From positions 1 through 64,000 of the IMG/VR virus record IMGVR_UViG_3300021368_000004: a DNA stretch of 64,000 bases, one strand, 5' to 3'. Positions 19,857 to 30,400 of the stretch are shown in pieces. A program made the translations under genes and the position numbers. Each line of letters starts with the position of its first letter. Within the stretch, counting starts at the first letter, position 1. Source of the stretch: a virus. Under the pieces are notes generated by a model. It saw only the letters and a list, made by a program, of their open reading frames with translations. It made no database searches and was not told where the DNA came from.

Positions 19857-21024
19857 AATAATGTTTCCATTCTGGTAATATATTTAAAAGATTAGTTCCT
19901 CTATGTTCATCACGCCTTTTTATATGTGCTAACATTTTCCACATGTCATCTTCATTATATTCTTGTGTATCTAATAGCACAGTTAGCTTTTCTATTAATT
20001 TATATTTTTTTTCATTTGGTTTAGTCCACAATCTATCTAAATAAATTTCTTTTATATCAGGCGGAATGCTTGCTAAGCTATAAAAATTATTTGTAACTAA
20101 AGAATCACATACTGATTCCTCAACGACGCTATCATCAATTTGTGTTAAAAATGATATATTTAGTGCATTGATTGTAGAAACATAGTATACACGAAAATTT
20201 TCCATTGCATTCATTATACTCAGATTTTTTTGTATAACATCCCATTTAGAAGGATATCTTATATAATTATTAATGTGTTCTGGACCTTCTATAGATAAGT
20301 TTATTGTTACTTTATCAAATTTTTTAAAAAGCTTCCACCTTTTAGGTAATATTGAAACTGCTCCATTTGTAATAATTCTACAAATTTTAGCATTTGTTTT
20401 TTCAATAAAGTCCCATGTGTATTTCATCATGAATGGTTCACCACCAGTAAATTTTATTTCTAATAAATTAAGGTTTTCCACATCTGGAAAATTTTTTTTA
20501 TCAGGCATTTTATATTCTTTAAGATTTCTAGCATCTCCTAGCTTTATAGCTTCTTTATGGTATGTACTAGAACTTCCTTCATTGCACATACTACATGCAA
20601 GATTACATGTATACCCACCTGCAGCTAAATATTCCATAGAATGATAAAAAGTAGGCTCTAGATCATTATCTACTATTTTTTCAAACTCTTCAATATAATT
20701 TTTAAAGTCTCCAGTATCATCGTAAAACCTATTTAAATACCAATGGCGTATTGAGTTTATTCCTTTATCTTCTCTTAGCTTGCATTTTGAACATACAGAA
20801 AATAAAAAATCATCGTCTCCACCATCGCGCATAGCCTTCCTCAATCTTTTCATATTATCAGTATTCCAATAATCTTCATGAGACATTTGATTTACACTTT
20901 TTATACCATCATATTGTGCAAGTTCTCTCATGTTAATTACACAACACGGTGAATATCTACCAGTAGTAGTAGTGTATATGTTAGTAAATGGTTCAGGACA
21001 CATCCAGTGATATTTTTTAGTCAT
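19837..21024 (-). CDS. Radical SAM protein with N-terminal Cys-rich (twitch/SPASM-like) domain
   Basis: CNLACSMC (CxxxCxxC), FTGGEPF, ITNG, SIEG...YIRYPSKW; N-terminal CP.PF..PCC..C..C. Confidence 0.9.
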   Translation of the reverse strand: MTKKYHWMCPEPFTNIYTTTTGRYSPCCVINMRELAQYDGIKSVNQMSHEDYWNTDNMKRLRKAMRDGGDDDFLFSVCSKCKLREDKGINSIRHWYLNRFYDDTGDFKNYIEEFEKIVDNDLEPTFYHSMEYLAAGGYTCNLACSMCNEGSSSTYHKEAIKLGDARNLKEYKMPDKKNFPDVENLNLLEIKFTGGEPFMMKYTWDFIEKTNAKICRIITNGAVSILPKRWKLFKKFDKVTINLSIEGPEHINNYIRYPSKWDVIQKNLSIMNAMENFRVYYVSTINALNISFLTQIDDSVVEESVCDSLVTNNFYSLASIPPDIKEIYLDRLWTKPNEKKYKLIEKLTVLLDTQEYNEDDMWKMLAHIKRRDEHRGTNLLNILPEWKHYYENSNS

Positions 21025-21520
21025 ATTGCCCCATCAATATATCTGCTTCCTTACGACCATTAATCCAAATATTAAACGTGTCTGGATCTATTAAATAAAC
21101 TTTATTTGTTTTTTCTTCTACCATAAAATTTCTAGCTGCCATATCATGATGAAACCAAAATCCCATAGCATTTGAATGTTCACTATATGTAAGATTTTCT
21201 TTAGCATAAATAGCTAAGTTTTTCATTATATCACAAGCTTCTAAAAAAGCATCTAAACATAAATTATGCCTTAGTGTATCTCCATGTATGTATTGCATTA
21301 AAATTCTTCTATCAGCATAGCCATATACTTCAACTAATCTAGGTTCATATTCTCTTATTTTTCTGTATTCATCAAGCCAACGATCATCTATATCATATGG
21401 TATTTTTTTACAAAACATATCTCCTACAATACTAAATTCACTAACTTGTTTTTTTCCAGGCCATATATCGTTATATCTAGGTAACTTAAAATTCATTTGT
21501 AAAAACCGTGTTGAGGCCAT
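21017..21520 (-). CDS. Minimal protein-kinase-like enzyme
   Basis: ILMQYIHG.TL, HHDMAARNFMV (HxD..xN catalytic loop), VYLIDPD. Confidence 0.7.
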   Translation of the reverse strand: MASTRFLQMNFKLPRYNDIWPGKKQVSEFSIVGDMFCKKIPYDIDDRWLDEYRKIREYEPRLVEVYGYADRRILMQYIHGDTLRHNLCLDAFLEACDIMKNLAIYAKENLTYSEHSNAMGFWFHHDMAARNFMVEEKTNKVYLIDPDTFNIWINGRKEADILMGQYD

Positions 21521-22833
21521 AAATCATAAGATTTTGACAAGCTTAAAATTTTATTTAATAGATTATATTGTTTTTTTATTTGTGGATAATCGTATGCTAA
21601 ATTTACTTTTACATATCTAAATATGTTAGAAGTATAAAATAAAACATTCTTATTTTTTATATATTTTTTTATTTGATTAAAGTCTGATTCTAATAAATTT
21701 AATTTCATATAATCTATATTACATAAGCTAAGTTTTTCTCTTATTTCATCGACATTGTAATCTAAATTTTCATTATATTCTATAGCAGGACTTTGATTGG
21801 GTGTTCTATTAGTAGAGAACAAATATATTGGATCACATGTATTGGACAAATATTCCATGTAATTAATTAAATCATTACCAGTTAAACACATATCTAAGAT
21901 TGTTTTTTTAACTTTTAAAAACAATTCATCATAATCATAAACTATAACCTTAGTATTTTTATGACCACATTTTTCATAAAAATATTCAGCAGTTATTCCA
22001 GCCGTAGGTGCAAATATAACATCATACTTTTTATTAGGATTTCGCTGTCTTTCATTATTCTCATAATAAAATCTATTTCTTTGGCTTCTATATAAAGCAT
22101 CGATTATTTTATTACTTGATTCGTATGGAGCAGTATTAATAGTAGTATTAGTCTTTATATAATTATAAAGATTTTCTTCATTTATATCATAATTTCTATG
22201 CGGATAGGTAAACCACTTTTGACGTCTTTGATCATGTGAAAAATTTTCTATCTTAGGCAAATGAGAAGACTTAATCCATAAGGGTGTATAATCATCATGA
22301 ATATTTTCGTCTGATCTTTCATACTCTTTACCGATGTTTATAAAATCTTCACCATTCCATTTAGTTAAATTAACTTCAAAATGCTGTTTGTGCAATTTAG
22401 CATCTACATTAGCTCGAGCTAATATATGGCCTCTAACATAACTGTCTGTCTCTGACCATTCATAAAAATTTTGTACAGGAGTTTTTAAATTTATCTGATC
22501 TCCATAACCACATAAAATCATACCAATCTGGCAAACCATTGCGTGTGTTTTGCCTTCTTTTTTAATTTTACTTAGAGTTCTTAAAACAGTTTCTTCTTTT
22601 GCAAAATATAAACTATGGCCCGTGCCAGCTCCAGTTACGCCGCCCTGCATATTCCATAATAGTAATTGCAACATTTTTTCTTTATACCACGACCATGGTA
22701 TATTATTATTTTCTAGTACTACAAAAGCTAAATCTTGTTTTCTATGCAATCTTCTATTACGAAAAAAATCTAAAATATAATCATCTATTGTATTAAAGTT
22801 CGACTTTACCATGATCTCTTTCATAGCTTTCAA
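21493..22833 (-). CDS. Hypothetical protein in the modification island
   Basis: Long intact ORF overlapping both neighbours; no motif recognised with confidence. Confidence 0.6.
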   Translation of the reverse strand: MKAMKEIMVKSNFNTIDDYILDFFRNRRLHRKQDLAFVVLENNNIPWSWYKEKMLQLLLWNMQGGVTGAGTGHSLYFAKEETVLRTLSKIKKEGKTHAMVCQIGMILCGYGDQINLKTPVQNFYEWSETDSYVRGHILARANVDAKLHKQHFEVNLTKWNGEDFINIGKEYERSDENIHDDYTPLWIKSSHLPKIENFSHDQRRQKWFTYPHRNYDINEENLYNYIKTNTTINTAPYESSNKIIDALYRSQRNRFYYENNERQRNPNKKYDVIFAPTAGITAEYFYEKCGHKNTKVIVYDYDELFLKVKKTILDMCLTGNDLINYMEYLSNTCDPIYLFSTNRTPNQSPAIEYNENLDYNVDEIREKLSLCNIDYMKLNLLESDFNQIKKYIKNKNVLFYTSNIFRYVKVNLAYDYPQIKKQYNLLNKILSLSKSYDLWPQHGFYK

Positions 22834-23458
22834 TAATATTTTGCTTCGTTATATCAGATGCATAGCCATGTATGATAAAGTGAAATCTATTTTCTTTAGA
22901 ATTATTAGCTGCTTCATGCATAATTCTATTATCATAATAAAACATTTTTGTAGGTTCGAAAGGTACTTCTTCTTTTGTATCACTGCGCCTTAAATAACAA
23001 TCTTTTGGTTGAGTCAAACAAACATTAATTGCAGATCTAATATTTCTTCCTTCACCATCACTATGTGACGTTATAAATCCACCTGGTTCTAATAACATAA
23101 ACCGAGATCTACGCATTACAGAACAATCAAAATTATCCATTAAAAATTCTTTTGTTCTAGGTGCTATTTCTTCTAATTCTGTCCAACCATAGGTAGCTTC
23201 TTCTTCTGTAAATCCGTAACCACTTGGATTCATAGTTCGATAATATTCTGCCCTATCACCTATTCCCCATCCATGCAGAGCACACGAATGCCAACCCTGG
23301 CTATCACCGCCTCTATGAGGTACAAAGAAACCTTCTTCATGTACTTGATGTACTTCATCTATTGATTCTTTAGGAAATGTCAAAGTACTTTCTAAATACC
23401 ATATATCTTTTTCTGCGCATTCTTTTTGAACTTGTATTACTTTTTTATTGATTGTCAT
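22793..23458 (-). CDS. Aspartyl/asparaginyl beta-hydroxylase-like 2OG-Fe(II) dioxygenase
   Basis: RRSRFMLLEPGGFITSHSD (HxD)...DNRIMHEAANNSKENRFHFIIHG (distal His, Arg). Confidence 0.8.
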   Translation of the reverse strand: MTINKKVIQVQKECAEKDIWYLESTLTFPKESIDEVHQVHEEGFFVPHRGGDSQGWHSCALHGWGIGDRAEYYRTMNPSGYGFTEEEATYGWTELEEIAPRTKEFLMDNFDCSVMRRSRFMLLEPGGFITSHSDGEGRNIRSAINVCLTQPKDCYLRRSDTKEEVPFEPTKMFYYDNRIMHEAANNSKENRFHFIIHGYASDITKQNIIESYERDHGKVEL

Positions 23459-24082
23459 CTATTTACCTATAACCATAAATCTCTTCATGCCATTATTTAA
23501 AACTTTAGTTCCCATATAATATGCATTATTTATTCCAGCTTGTTCGGCCAATTCTTCTGGACTTTTTACACAATTGATATGATCTTCGTATTTGTCTTCG
23601 TCTGTTGATTGTAACACACATAGGGGTACATCTAGTATTTGCTCTAATATTTTTTGTCTCATGTGTTTCATCGGAAACATATGCTCACAAGAAGTATTTA
23701 CTATTAATTCTATATGACCTTTTTTTAAATGATGAGAACAAAGCTTTTCTATATTTAAGTCTTTTTTAGATGCATCAAATTTTTCACTTTGGTATCTATT
23801 AAATGTTTTAGATATTTGAACAGCATCTGGATCTATTTCATAGTTACACATATAATCAGTATGTTCTGATAAAGCGTAAGCTAAATATTGACAAAACCAT
23901 CCACCTACAATAGCAGTATTTTCAAAATGCATACCTAAATCATATAGTTTTTCTTTAATCCAAAGCTTGCCTTCTGCGTGCTGTAATGTTAAAGACACAT
24001 CTAATCTATCTGCTATGTAAGGATATCTTTCTTTACATAGAGAAAGGCTGTTAAACCAGCATGCTAAACGTTCTGCTTCCAT
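23459..24082 (-). CDS. Class I SAM-dependent methyltransferase-like protein
   Basis: K.W; AIVGGWF (motif I-like); YEIDP; IVNTSCEHM; LQS; DHINCV. Confidence 0.65.
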   Translation of the reverse strand: MEAERLACWFNSLSLCKERYPYIADRLDVSLTLQHAEGKLWIKEKLYDLGMHFENTAIVGGWFCQYLAYALSEHTDYMCNYEIDPDAVQISKTFNRYQSEKFDASKKDLNIEKLCSHHLKKGHIELIVNTSCEHMFPMKHMRQKILEQILDVPLCVLQSTDEDKYEDHINCVKSPEELAEQAGINNAYYMGTKVLNNGMKRFMVIGK

Positions 24083-24792
24083 ACTTCTTCAATCGCTTTA
24101 TCATCTTCAATAGTATTATTATTAAATAAACAAACTATATGGTCTTTTCTTAATATGTTAGTTTCCATATCATCTGGAAATATATTGCCTTTATACCAAG
24201 AATATATTTTATTCTTTTCAAATAAATTAAACGTTTTTGATTGATCATTTTGAATATCATACCATACTCTATTAAGATAATTATCTATTGTTTTATAAGT
24301 AAAGAAAATATATTCTGCATTATTTTTTATATGATTATATACATCTAATAGCTGGCCTCTATTCCATCTTATCACTGAAGAATTTATCAAAGGCGAAACA
24401 CCTTTATTATAATTTTTTTTACACACTTCTATATCGTTCCACCAACCTCTAACGATCCATGGTTTGCTCATTTCTAATTCAAAAAAATAATCTATGCTAT
24501 TATGAAAAATTACATCTAGATCGAAAAATAAAAACTCGTCACCTTTTATATTAGGAAATAATTCTTCATTGAACATATATAATTTTCTATATGCCCAAAA
24601 ATGATTTTTATCTGGAATAAAATGTTTATTCCATTTCATCGGCAAAGGTATATCGTATTCTTTTTCGGGATTAGTTGTTAAACAATAAAAATTAAAATCG
24701 TACGAACAGCGTTTTTCTAGTTGTTGTTTTAATTTTTCTACATATTCTGTAGAGTATTTATTGCCCCACTTGACACATAATATATTTTTCAT
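24064..24792 (-). CDS. GT-A fold glycosyltransferase
   Basis: ILCVKWGNKYSTEYV, FFDLDVIF (DxD), INSSVIRW. Confidence 0.8.
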   Translation of the reverse strand: MKNILCVKWGNKYSTEYVEKLKQQLEKRCSYDFNFYCLTTNPEKEYDIPLPMKWNKHFIPDKNHFWAYRKLYMFNEELFPNIKGDEFLFFDLDVIFHNSIDYFFELEMSKPWIVRGWWNDIEVCKKNYNKGVSPLINSSVIRWNRGQLLDVYNHIKNNAEYIFFTYKTIDNYLNRVWYDIQNDQSKTFNLFEKNKIYSWYKGNIFPDDMETNILRKDHIVCLFNNNTIEDDKAIEEVWKQNV

Positions 24793-25309
24793 TCATTTGT
24801 AGCTTTTCATAAAGTTGTTTATAATTTTTTACCTGTTTTTTATTGTTTTCAAAATTTGCCAGACTTGTTTTATTATAAAGTTTATCAAAATTATAACGTA
24901 TATCGATACGCCAGTCAAGCATATTTTCTTTAGTAGGCTTCATGCGTTTAAAATATTTATCAACAAGGTTGATGTCTATATTTGAAGGTATGTCTTCTTT
25001 ACAAAAATCTATGTTTCCAGTAGCCATAGTAATTATAGAACTTAAAAATATGTGTTCCTCATCTCTATCAATATGCACAATTTTGTAATTTTCTTCGATA
25101 TGTTTCTTATATTCTTGTTTTAACAAATGAACTGTGTGCCAATGAGCATGTAATATCCAATCATTTTCAGTCAATTCTTGATATGTTAAACAATAACTTG
25201 GTACACTTTTTGCATGATGCAAATAACCAATTGGCAATCCTGTTGTTTCACTATATTTTTGAGCTAATGCTCTTGAGCCAGATCGTGGATAAGATATTAC
25301 AGCATACAC
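24758..25309 (-). CDS. Sulfotransferase-like protein
   Basis: N-terminal VISYPRSGS matches the PAPS 5'-phosphosulfate-binding loop; later HIDRD...LS 3'-PB-like motif. Confidence 0.65.
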   Translation of the reverse strand: MYAVISYPRSGSRALAQKYSETTGLPIGYLHHAKSVPSYCLTYQELTENDWILHAHWHTVHLLKQEYKKHIEENYKIVHIDRDEEHIFLSSIITMATGNIDFCKEDIPSNIDINLVDKYFKRMKPTKENMLDWRIDIRYNFDKLYNKTSLANFENNKKQVKNYKQLYEKLQMNEKYIMCQVGQ

Positions 25310-25809
25310 TAGAAGTCCAAGAATTTTTTAAATGCTTCTTTTAATGTTTTAGCTTTTCGAAGATCAGCTTTTTTCTTTCTATTAGTACTTTTCTGAACAG
25401 CTTCATTTTCAAATAAACCCAATTTAAATGTAAATAATTCTTGTTCATTAAAATCTTTATTTAAAAATTTCTGTACTACATTAATTATATTTTTAGCACT
25501 TGTTTCAGCAGATATTGTAGTTAATTCATTATTTTGTTCTGCAATTTTAACTACAGCTTTTTCAAATGCCTTTCTTTCTTCTCTAAATTTATTTACAGTT
25601 CTTTCATGTAATTCGTCTTCACTCACTTTTTTCAAAAGAGCTTTATAATCTGGATTTTTTTTATCTGCAGGAATTGTATATAAAAATACATTTAATGTAG
25701 ATTCAGGTGTTTCGTGATCGTCTGGACTCACTAACTCAACTGTTATAGTATCTCTTTCTTCATTAGTAAAATATGCTTCATATACTTCGTGATCTTTAAT
25801 TATACTCAT
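25309..25809 (-). CDS. Hypothetical protein
   Basis: Intact charged helical ORF, first gene of the island. Confidence 0.6.
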   Translation of the reverse strand: MSIIKDHEVYEAYFTNEERDTITVELVSPDDHETPESTLNVFLYTIPADKKNPDYKALLKKVSEDELHERTVNKFREERKAFEKAVVKIAEQNNELTTISAETSAKNIINVVQKFLNKDFNEQELFTFKLGLFENEAVQKSTNRKKKADLRKAKTLKEAFKKFLDF

Positions 25810-26733
25810 TTAAGCCTCAAACATTCTTAAGTAATAGGTATTTTGTGTGACAGCAGAACCATTTGGAAAATTTTGTGATCGATAGTCATCACCACCTGCT
25901 TGAAAGGTATTGTATGATCCGCCGCCATTCAAGATGGTATTATTTATACCAGATCCTAATATGACTGCAGATGACGATGTACCTAATGAATATCGAATTT
26001 TAGAACCTGCTTCTTCACTTGCTACGTGTCTCATACAATTTTCTAATATAGCATCGATTGCAGTCTGACTATATTCTTGTAAGTTTTTATCAGAGTTTCT
26101 TACAAATAGCATTTCTTCCATTGTTGGTGCTGAAATATTATTTGCTTGTAATAGATAGTAATTAGTTATAGTAGTCGGTTGATCTTGTGTTTCTGGTATA
26201 TCAGCTGCAGCATATGCACCAGCATTAGCTCTTGTATCAGAAAAGACCACGCTACTACTAACTGCTGAGTAACCAGATAACGATGTACCTGTATGAATAC
26301 GATAAGTACCTGGCTGACCAACAGCACTTAATATTGTATCAATTGCTGGAAAAATAAACGTATCATACATATCTTGTAATGACATAGTTTGAATATTAGA
26401 ACCATTATAATATATAGGAAATGCAATAGCGTTTGTATCTACTGATGCTGTTGTATTAGCAGCTGATTCTGTTATTGTGGCATAGTTAACTGTTATTGTA
26501 GAAATATTAGGTGCTGTTTGAAAACTACTTACATGAGTTGTAGATGCACCAGCTTGTTTACGAGTATCTGATATTGTGCCTAAATTACCACCACTAGATA
26601 CTCGTGATAATGTAACAGATGGATTAGCACCATACAAATATCTACATCTATCTTTAACAGCATCAATTTGTGCATCAGTCATTTCTATCAGGTCGTTACT
26701 ACCTGTTAGAATTAAAGGTCGTACTACTGCCAT
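25810..26733 (-). CDS. Virion structural protein
   Basis: T/S/A/G-rich composition with an internal duplication (SDTR..AG twice); in the structural operon. Confidence 0.6.
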   Translation of the reverse strand: MAVVRPLILTGSNDLIEMTDAQIDAVKDRCRYLYGANPSVTLSRVSSGGNLGTISDTRKQAGASTTHVSSFQTAPNISTITVNYATITESAANTTASVDTNAIAFPIYYNGSNIQTMSLQDMYDTFIFPAIDTILSAVGQPGTYRIHTGTSLSGYSAVSSSVVFSDTRANAGAYAAADIPETQDQPTTITNYYLLQANNISAPTMEEMLFVRNSDKNLQEYSQTAIDAILENCMRHVASEEAGSKIRYSLGTSSSAVILGSGINNTILNGGGSYNTFQAGGDDYRSQNFPNGSAVTQNTYYLRMFEA

Positions 26734-26736
26734 AAT

Positions 26737-27258
26737 TTATACCCACGGGTTAGTTGCGAATGTTGCTGCGCTATCGTGATCAAAAATTGCTGGTCCGTAT
26801 ATTTTTCTTATTTCATCACCAACTGAATTATGTATTTTTAAAACAGTCATAGCTTCAAATTTAGCACCAAAGATTGCTGAGTCTTTTAAATGATCAGAGT
26901 CAATTGATCCTACTATAATATGATCTGAATCAACTTGATTATCTGCAATCATATGATTTAAAACTGAATCAGAATCTAATGCTATACCTGGAATCATAGC
27001 TGAGTCAATATTACCATCGCTATCTACGATTCTGTTAATAGCATCTACAAGAGTTAAGAATGTACCGGCCGATTCTTTATAATGTAGATCTGCTTGGCGA
27101 CCCATGTCACTGTCAAGAGAATTTATAGATGATACTGTATTACTATCACCACCTGATGTATCGAGTAATGCTGTATCTCCTACTTGTAACGCTAACGTGT
27201 TTGTCTTTACACGAAAACTGTTAATCGTATCTGTAAGATTTACCTGAATAATAGCCAT
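26737..27258 (-). CDS. Virion fibre-like protein (very DS-rich)
   Basis: V.LTDT..SFR.KTN N-terminus, LVDAIN motif; 10 DS dipeptides in 173 aa. Confidence 0.6.
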   Translation of the reverse strand: MAIIQVNLTDTINSFRVKTNTLALQVGDTALLDTSGGDSNTVSSINSLDSDMGRQADLHYKESAGTFLTLVDAINRIVDSDGNIDSAMIPGIALDSDSVLNHMIADNQVDSDHIIVGSIDSDHLKDSAIFGAKFEAMTVLKIHNSVGDEIRKIYGPAIFDHDSAATFATNPWV

Positions 27259-27259
27259 T

Positions 27260-27478
27260 TTATAACTTCTCTTTTATGGTTAATAGCAACTCTTTAATAT
27301 CTGACATATCTTCTTTTAACATTTCAACGTCAGCTATTAGTTGCTTTTTTCTTTCTTCCTCTTGGGCCATCGCGATCTTACGTGCCTTAGCAGCACGTAT
27401 CTCAGCCCTATTTATATTCAATATTGCACCTGACCTTGGATCACGTGCTAGTCCAGGTTTTCCTTCTACTGGTATCAT
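27260..27478 (-). CDS. Small conserved T4-like protein with coiled coil
   Basis: IPVEG..GL.RD..SGAILN, then a coiled coil; follows the large structural gene. Confidence 0.65.
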   Translation of the reverse strand: MIPVEGKPGLARDPRSGAILNINRAEIRAAKARKIAMAQEEERKKQLIADVEMLKEDMSDIKELLLTIKEKL

Positions 27479-30400
27479 GTAGCCATCGCTATAGCTCGTA
27501 TATCTCTAATAACTGGCACTTTACATGAGTTAGTGGATCTAAATACGATCTTAAGTTGGAATGCAGTAAACGCATCGCTTGTACCACCTGTGCCACCAGG
27601 TAAATATGAATATTCTCTAAATACATCTGGATTATCATCAGTTGGTATTTGCTCTTCTTTAGTCAATGGTGAATATTGAGCTGTTAATACAGAATCTGTA
27701 GCACCGTCGTGTACCCGCATTAACACATCAAAGTCTGTACCTGATGGACGATTGGCTGCAATAAGTATTTTCATTCCGACAGCTTCTTCGGCAAGTGTTA
27801 CAGGTATTGTTATATGTTTTGATAACATAGATCCATTACCTAATGGATCAGTTTCTGCAACATAATTCAATGGTACGTTTTTACCTGTTGTTAAGACTGA
27901 AGCCTGATCATCAACCATATTATGAGTCAGTACAAGAGATGTTCTTTGTGTATCAACAATAGGTGATACTTTTGTAGATGAAGTATCTAGCTTGACTCTA
28001 TAAGTAGTCGACTTTGTTCCTGCCGCTAAGTTTACTACTTCGTTTGCACTATTTGCAACCATCTTAGGAAATTCAAAACCAGTCAATGCATTGTTAGTCA
28101 TTGGAATCCAATTAGCATCTTTACCGTATGTGGTTTCTGTTCCTGCTAATGAATTACCAGATATGAATTTTGCTTGATGGGTTGTTAATGTTTTTGGCGG
28201 TACTAGAGTTTCAACAATAGGATAAACAGCATCGAACATATAGTTTGGAATGATTGATACGGCATCGCCTCCACCAAATACAGTTGATGTTGCCGCTGCA
28301 CCTGCCGTAAATCTAAATCCATAACCGTCAACTGCAGTAATAGTTCTATTACCATTTATGTTATTAGCTGTGATACCACCAGTATCTACTGCTCCACTAA
28401 TCATCACTAGATCGCCAACTCTAAGTCCATGGCCTAATGCTTGAGCTTCAACAGTTGTAGATGTGTTTGTAGTTAACAATCCATCAGTATCTAAAATAAA
28501 CTTAGGTACTTCTCTGTTTTCAAGAACTACATATGATGTAGCAGTTGAAAACTCTGCTCTTTGAATTGTAAATGTCAAATCACGTTCTTGATCTGGTGTC
28601 CATGTACGTGCGTTTTGTGATAAGAACAATGAACCAAGTGAAGGTTGTTTTGCAACCCTTGCTTCAGTTGAATTAATCTGTAATCCACCTGCACGTGCAA
28701 CATACACATTATATGCGGTTGTATCAGCAAGTAGAACAATTGCATATTCTGTATTGCCATTCAAATATACTGGCTCATCAAATTCAAAATTAGTAATCGC
28801 TGTTGCATCTGTACTAGTAGTTACACTTGATGGTGATAATACTTTTGTACCATTTGGCACAAGATCATCAGATGATGGTATACCATTTACTGTTGGTCGA
28901 ATCTGACATGCGACTGGTACGACAGAATCTTTAGATTGAAATCTTACACCAATCTTCGTGATGAATACACCTTCTTCGTCGTCTACCATGAATGACTGCG
29001 CTAGTGGGTCTACCCTACGACGACGTCTGCGGTTTTCTGTACCACCAATAGTTACCACTCGAGTATTATTATATTCACGTTGCCGTGTCTCTAAAATACC
29101 TGTACTTGTAAATGGTGCAGTCGCAATCGACGTTGAGTTCTCATCATTCGGTAAACTAATATCAAGAAGTTTAAACTCACGTGTACCAGTTCTAAATCTT
29201 TCTGTAGATGTAGATGGTATGAAGAATGAACCAGAAACATATCCTTCAGTATTTGTAGTCAGTGTTGAACTACCTGATGGATGTGATGTTGCTCGAGCAT
29301 GTTCAGTACCAATATCAGTACTTTCATTTGCTATACGTTGAAACGTTTCTGCTCTTACCCAATTTGCAACTGGTTTATTATCGAAGAATGCAAACACTTG
29401 AGTTGATGGTTTTAGACCAAATGCACGGAAGTAAACCTTACGTGAACGCATATATGGAATAAAGACCTGATCGATCAAATGATCACGTACTAATACACGA
29501 TCTGAACGATCACCGATAACACGGTCTGTTTGTGTTACTCTATCTCTACCCTGATCAAATGTTCGTGTTCCAACTTCTTGGCCCATTCGAAGATTTACTT
29601 GTTGACCAGTCCAGTTAAAAATAAAATCATTAAACAGTAACGGTCGTTGTGTAGTTGAAGGAATAACCCGTGTTTGTTGTGGATTATCTTTATCTGCAAG
29701 ATATCGTCGTTCTACCCAGCTATCATTTGTTGGTGATAATTCTAATAGACCTTCATTTATAACAACAGCAAATGGGTTAATATTTTCTGTTTCTGTTGCA
29801 AATGGCTGCTCAATATAATTTACATGGCTATATGTCTTATATACTGTATCGCCTTTGAGAATTGTGTTTGTAGATTTATCTGAATCATACTTAAGGTTAA
29901 TATTATTTTGTGCCTGCCATGGACGTACAACTTTTTCTACTAAGTCAATACCAGCCTGATAATTCTCATCTTCTACAAATGAACGCGATTGATCTGTAAA
30001 GTTATCAACAAAGAAACCAGCTTTGAGTCTGTTATTATTGTTTGCATCAAGAACTGCTAAAGTTTCTGTTGATACTTCAAGTAAGTTAAGAGCTGTAGTC
30101 TCTTCGAGATTATCAATACGGCTTTCTAACTTACCGATATCTGCCATTGTAAATCGTTTAGCAGGTATACGTTCTTTACTTAAATCAGAATCATGGATAG
30201 TATATGGATTCATCTCAACTCTATATAGTTCCATTGAGTTTGCAGGAACAGGTGGGAATTGAGGATTCAGATCTGGCTCTGATTCTAGTACGCTTACATT
30301 ATTGAATCGGTCAATAACAACTCGTGCATTCTTACCCTGATAGTATGACACATCAAACTGAGTTGTATCTCTATCGCGTGGTAGTTCATTAATACGTGCA

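Noticed and set aside
6638-27416. TATAAATA matches inside coding regions (6638, 9258, 27409)
   Set aside because: Expected by chance in AT-rich DNA; not listed without TSS evidence.
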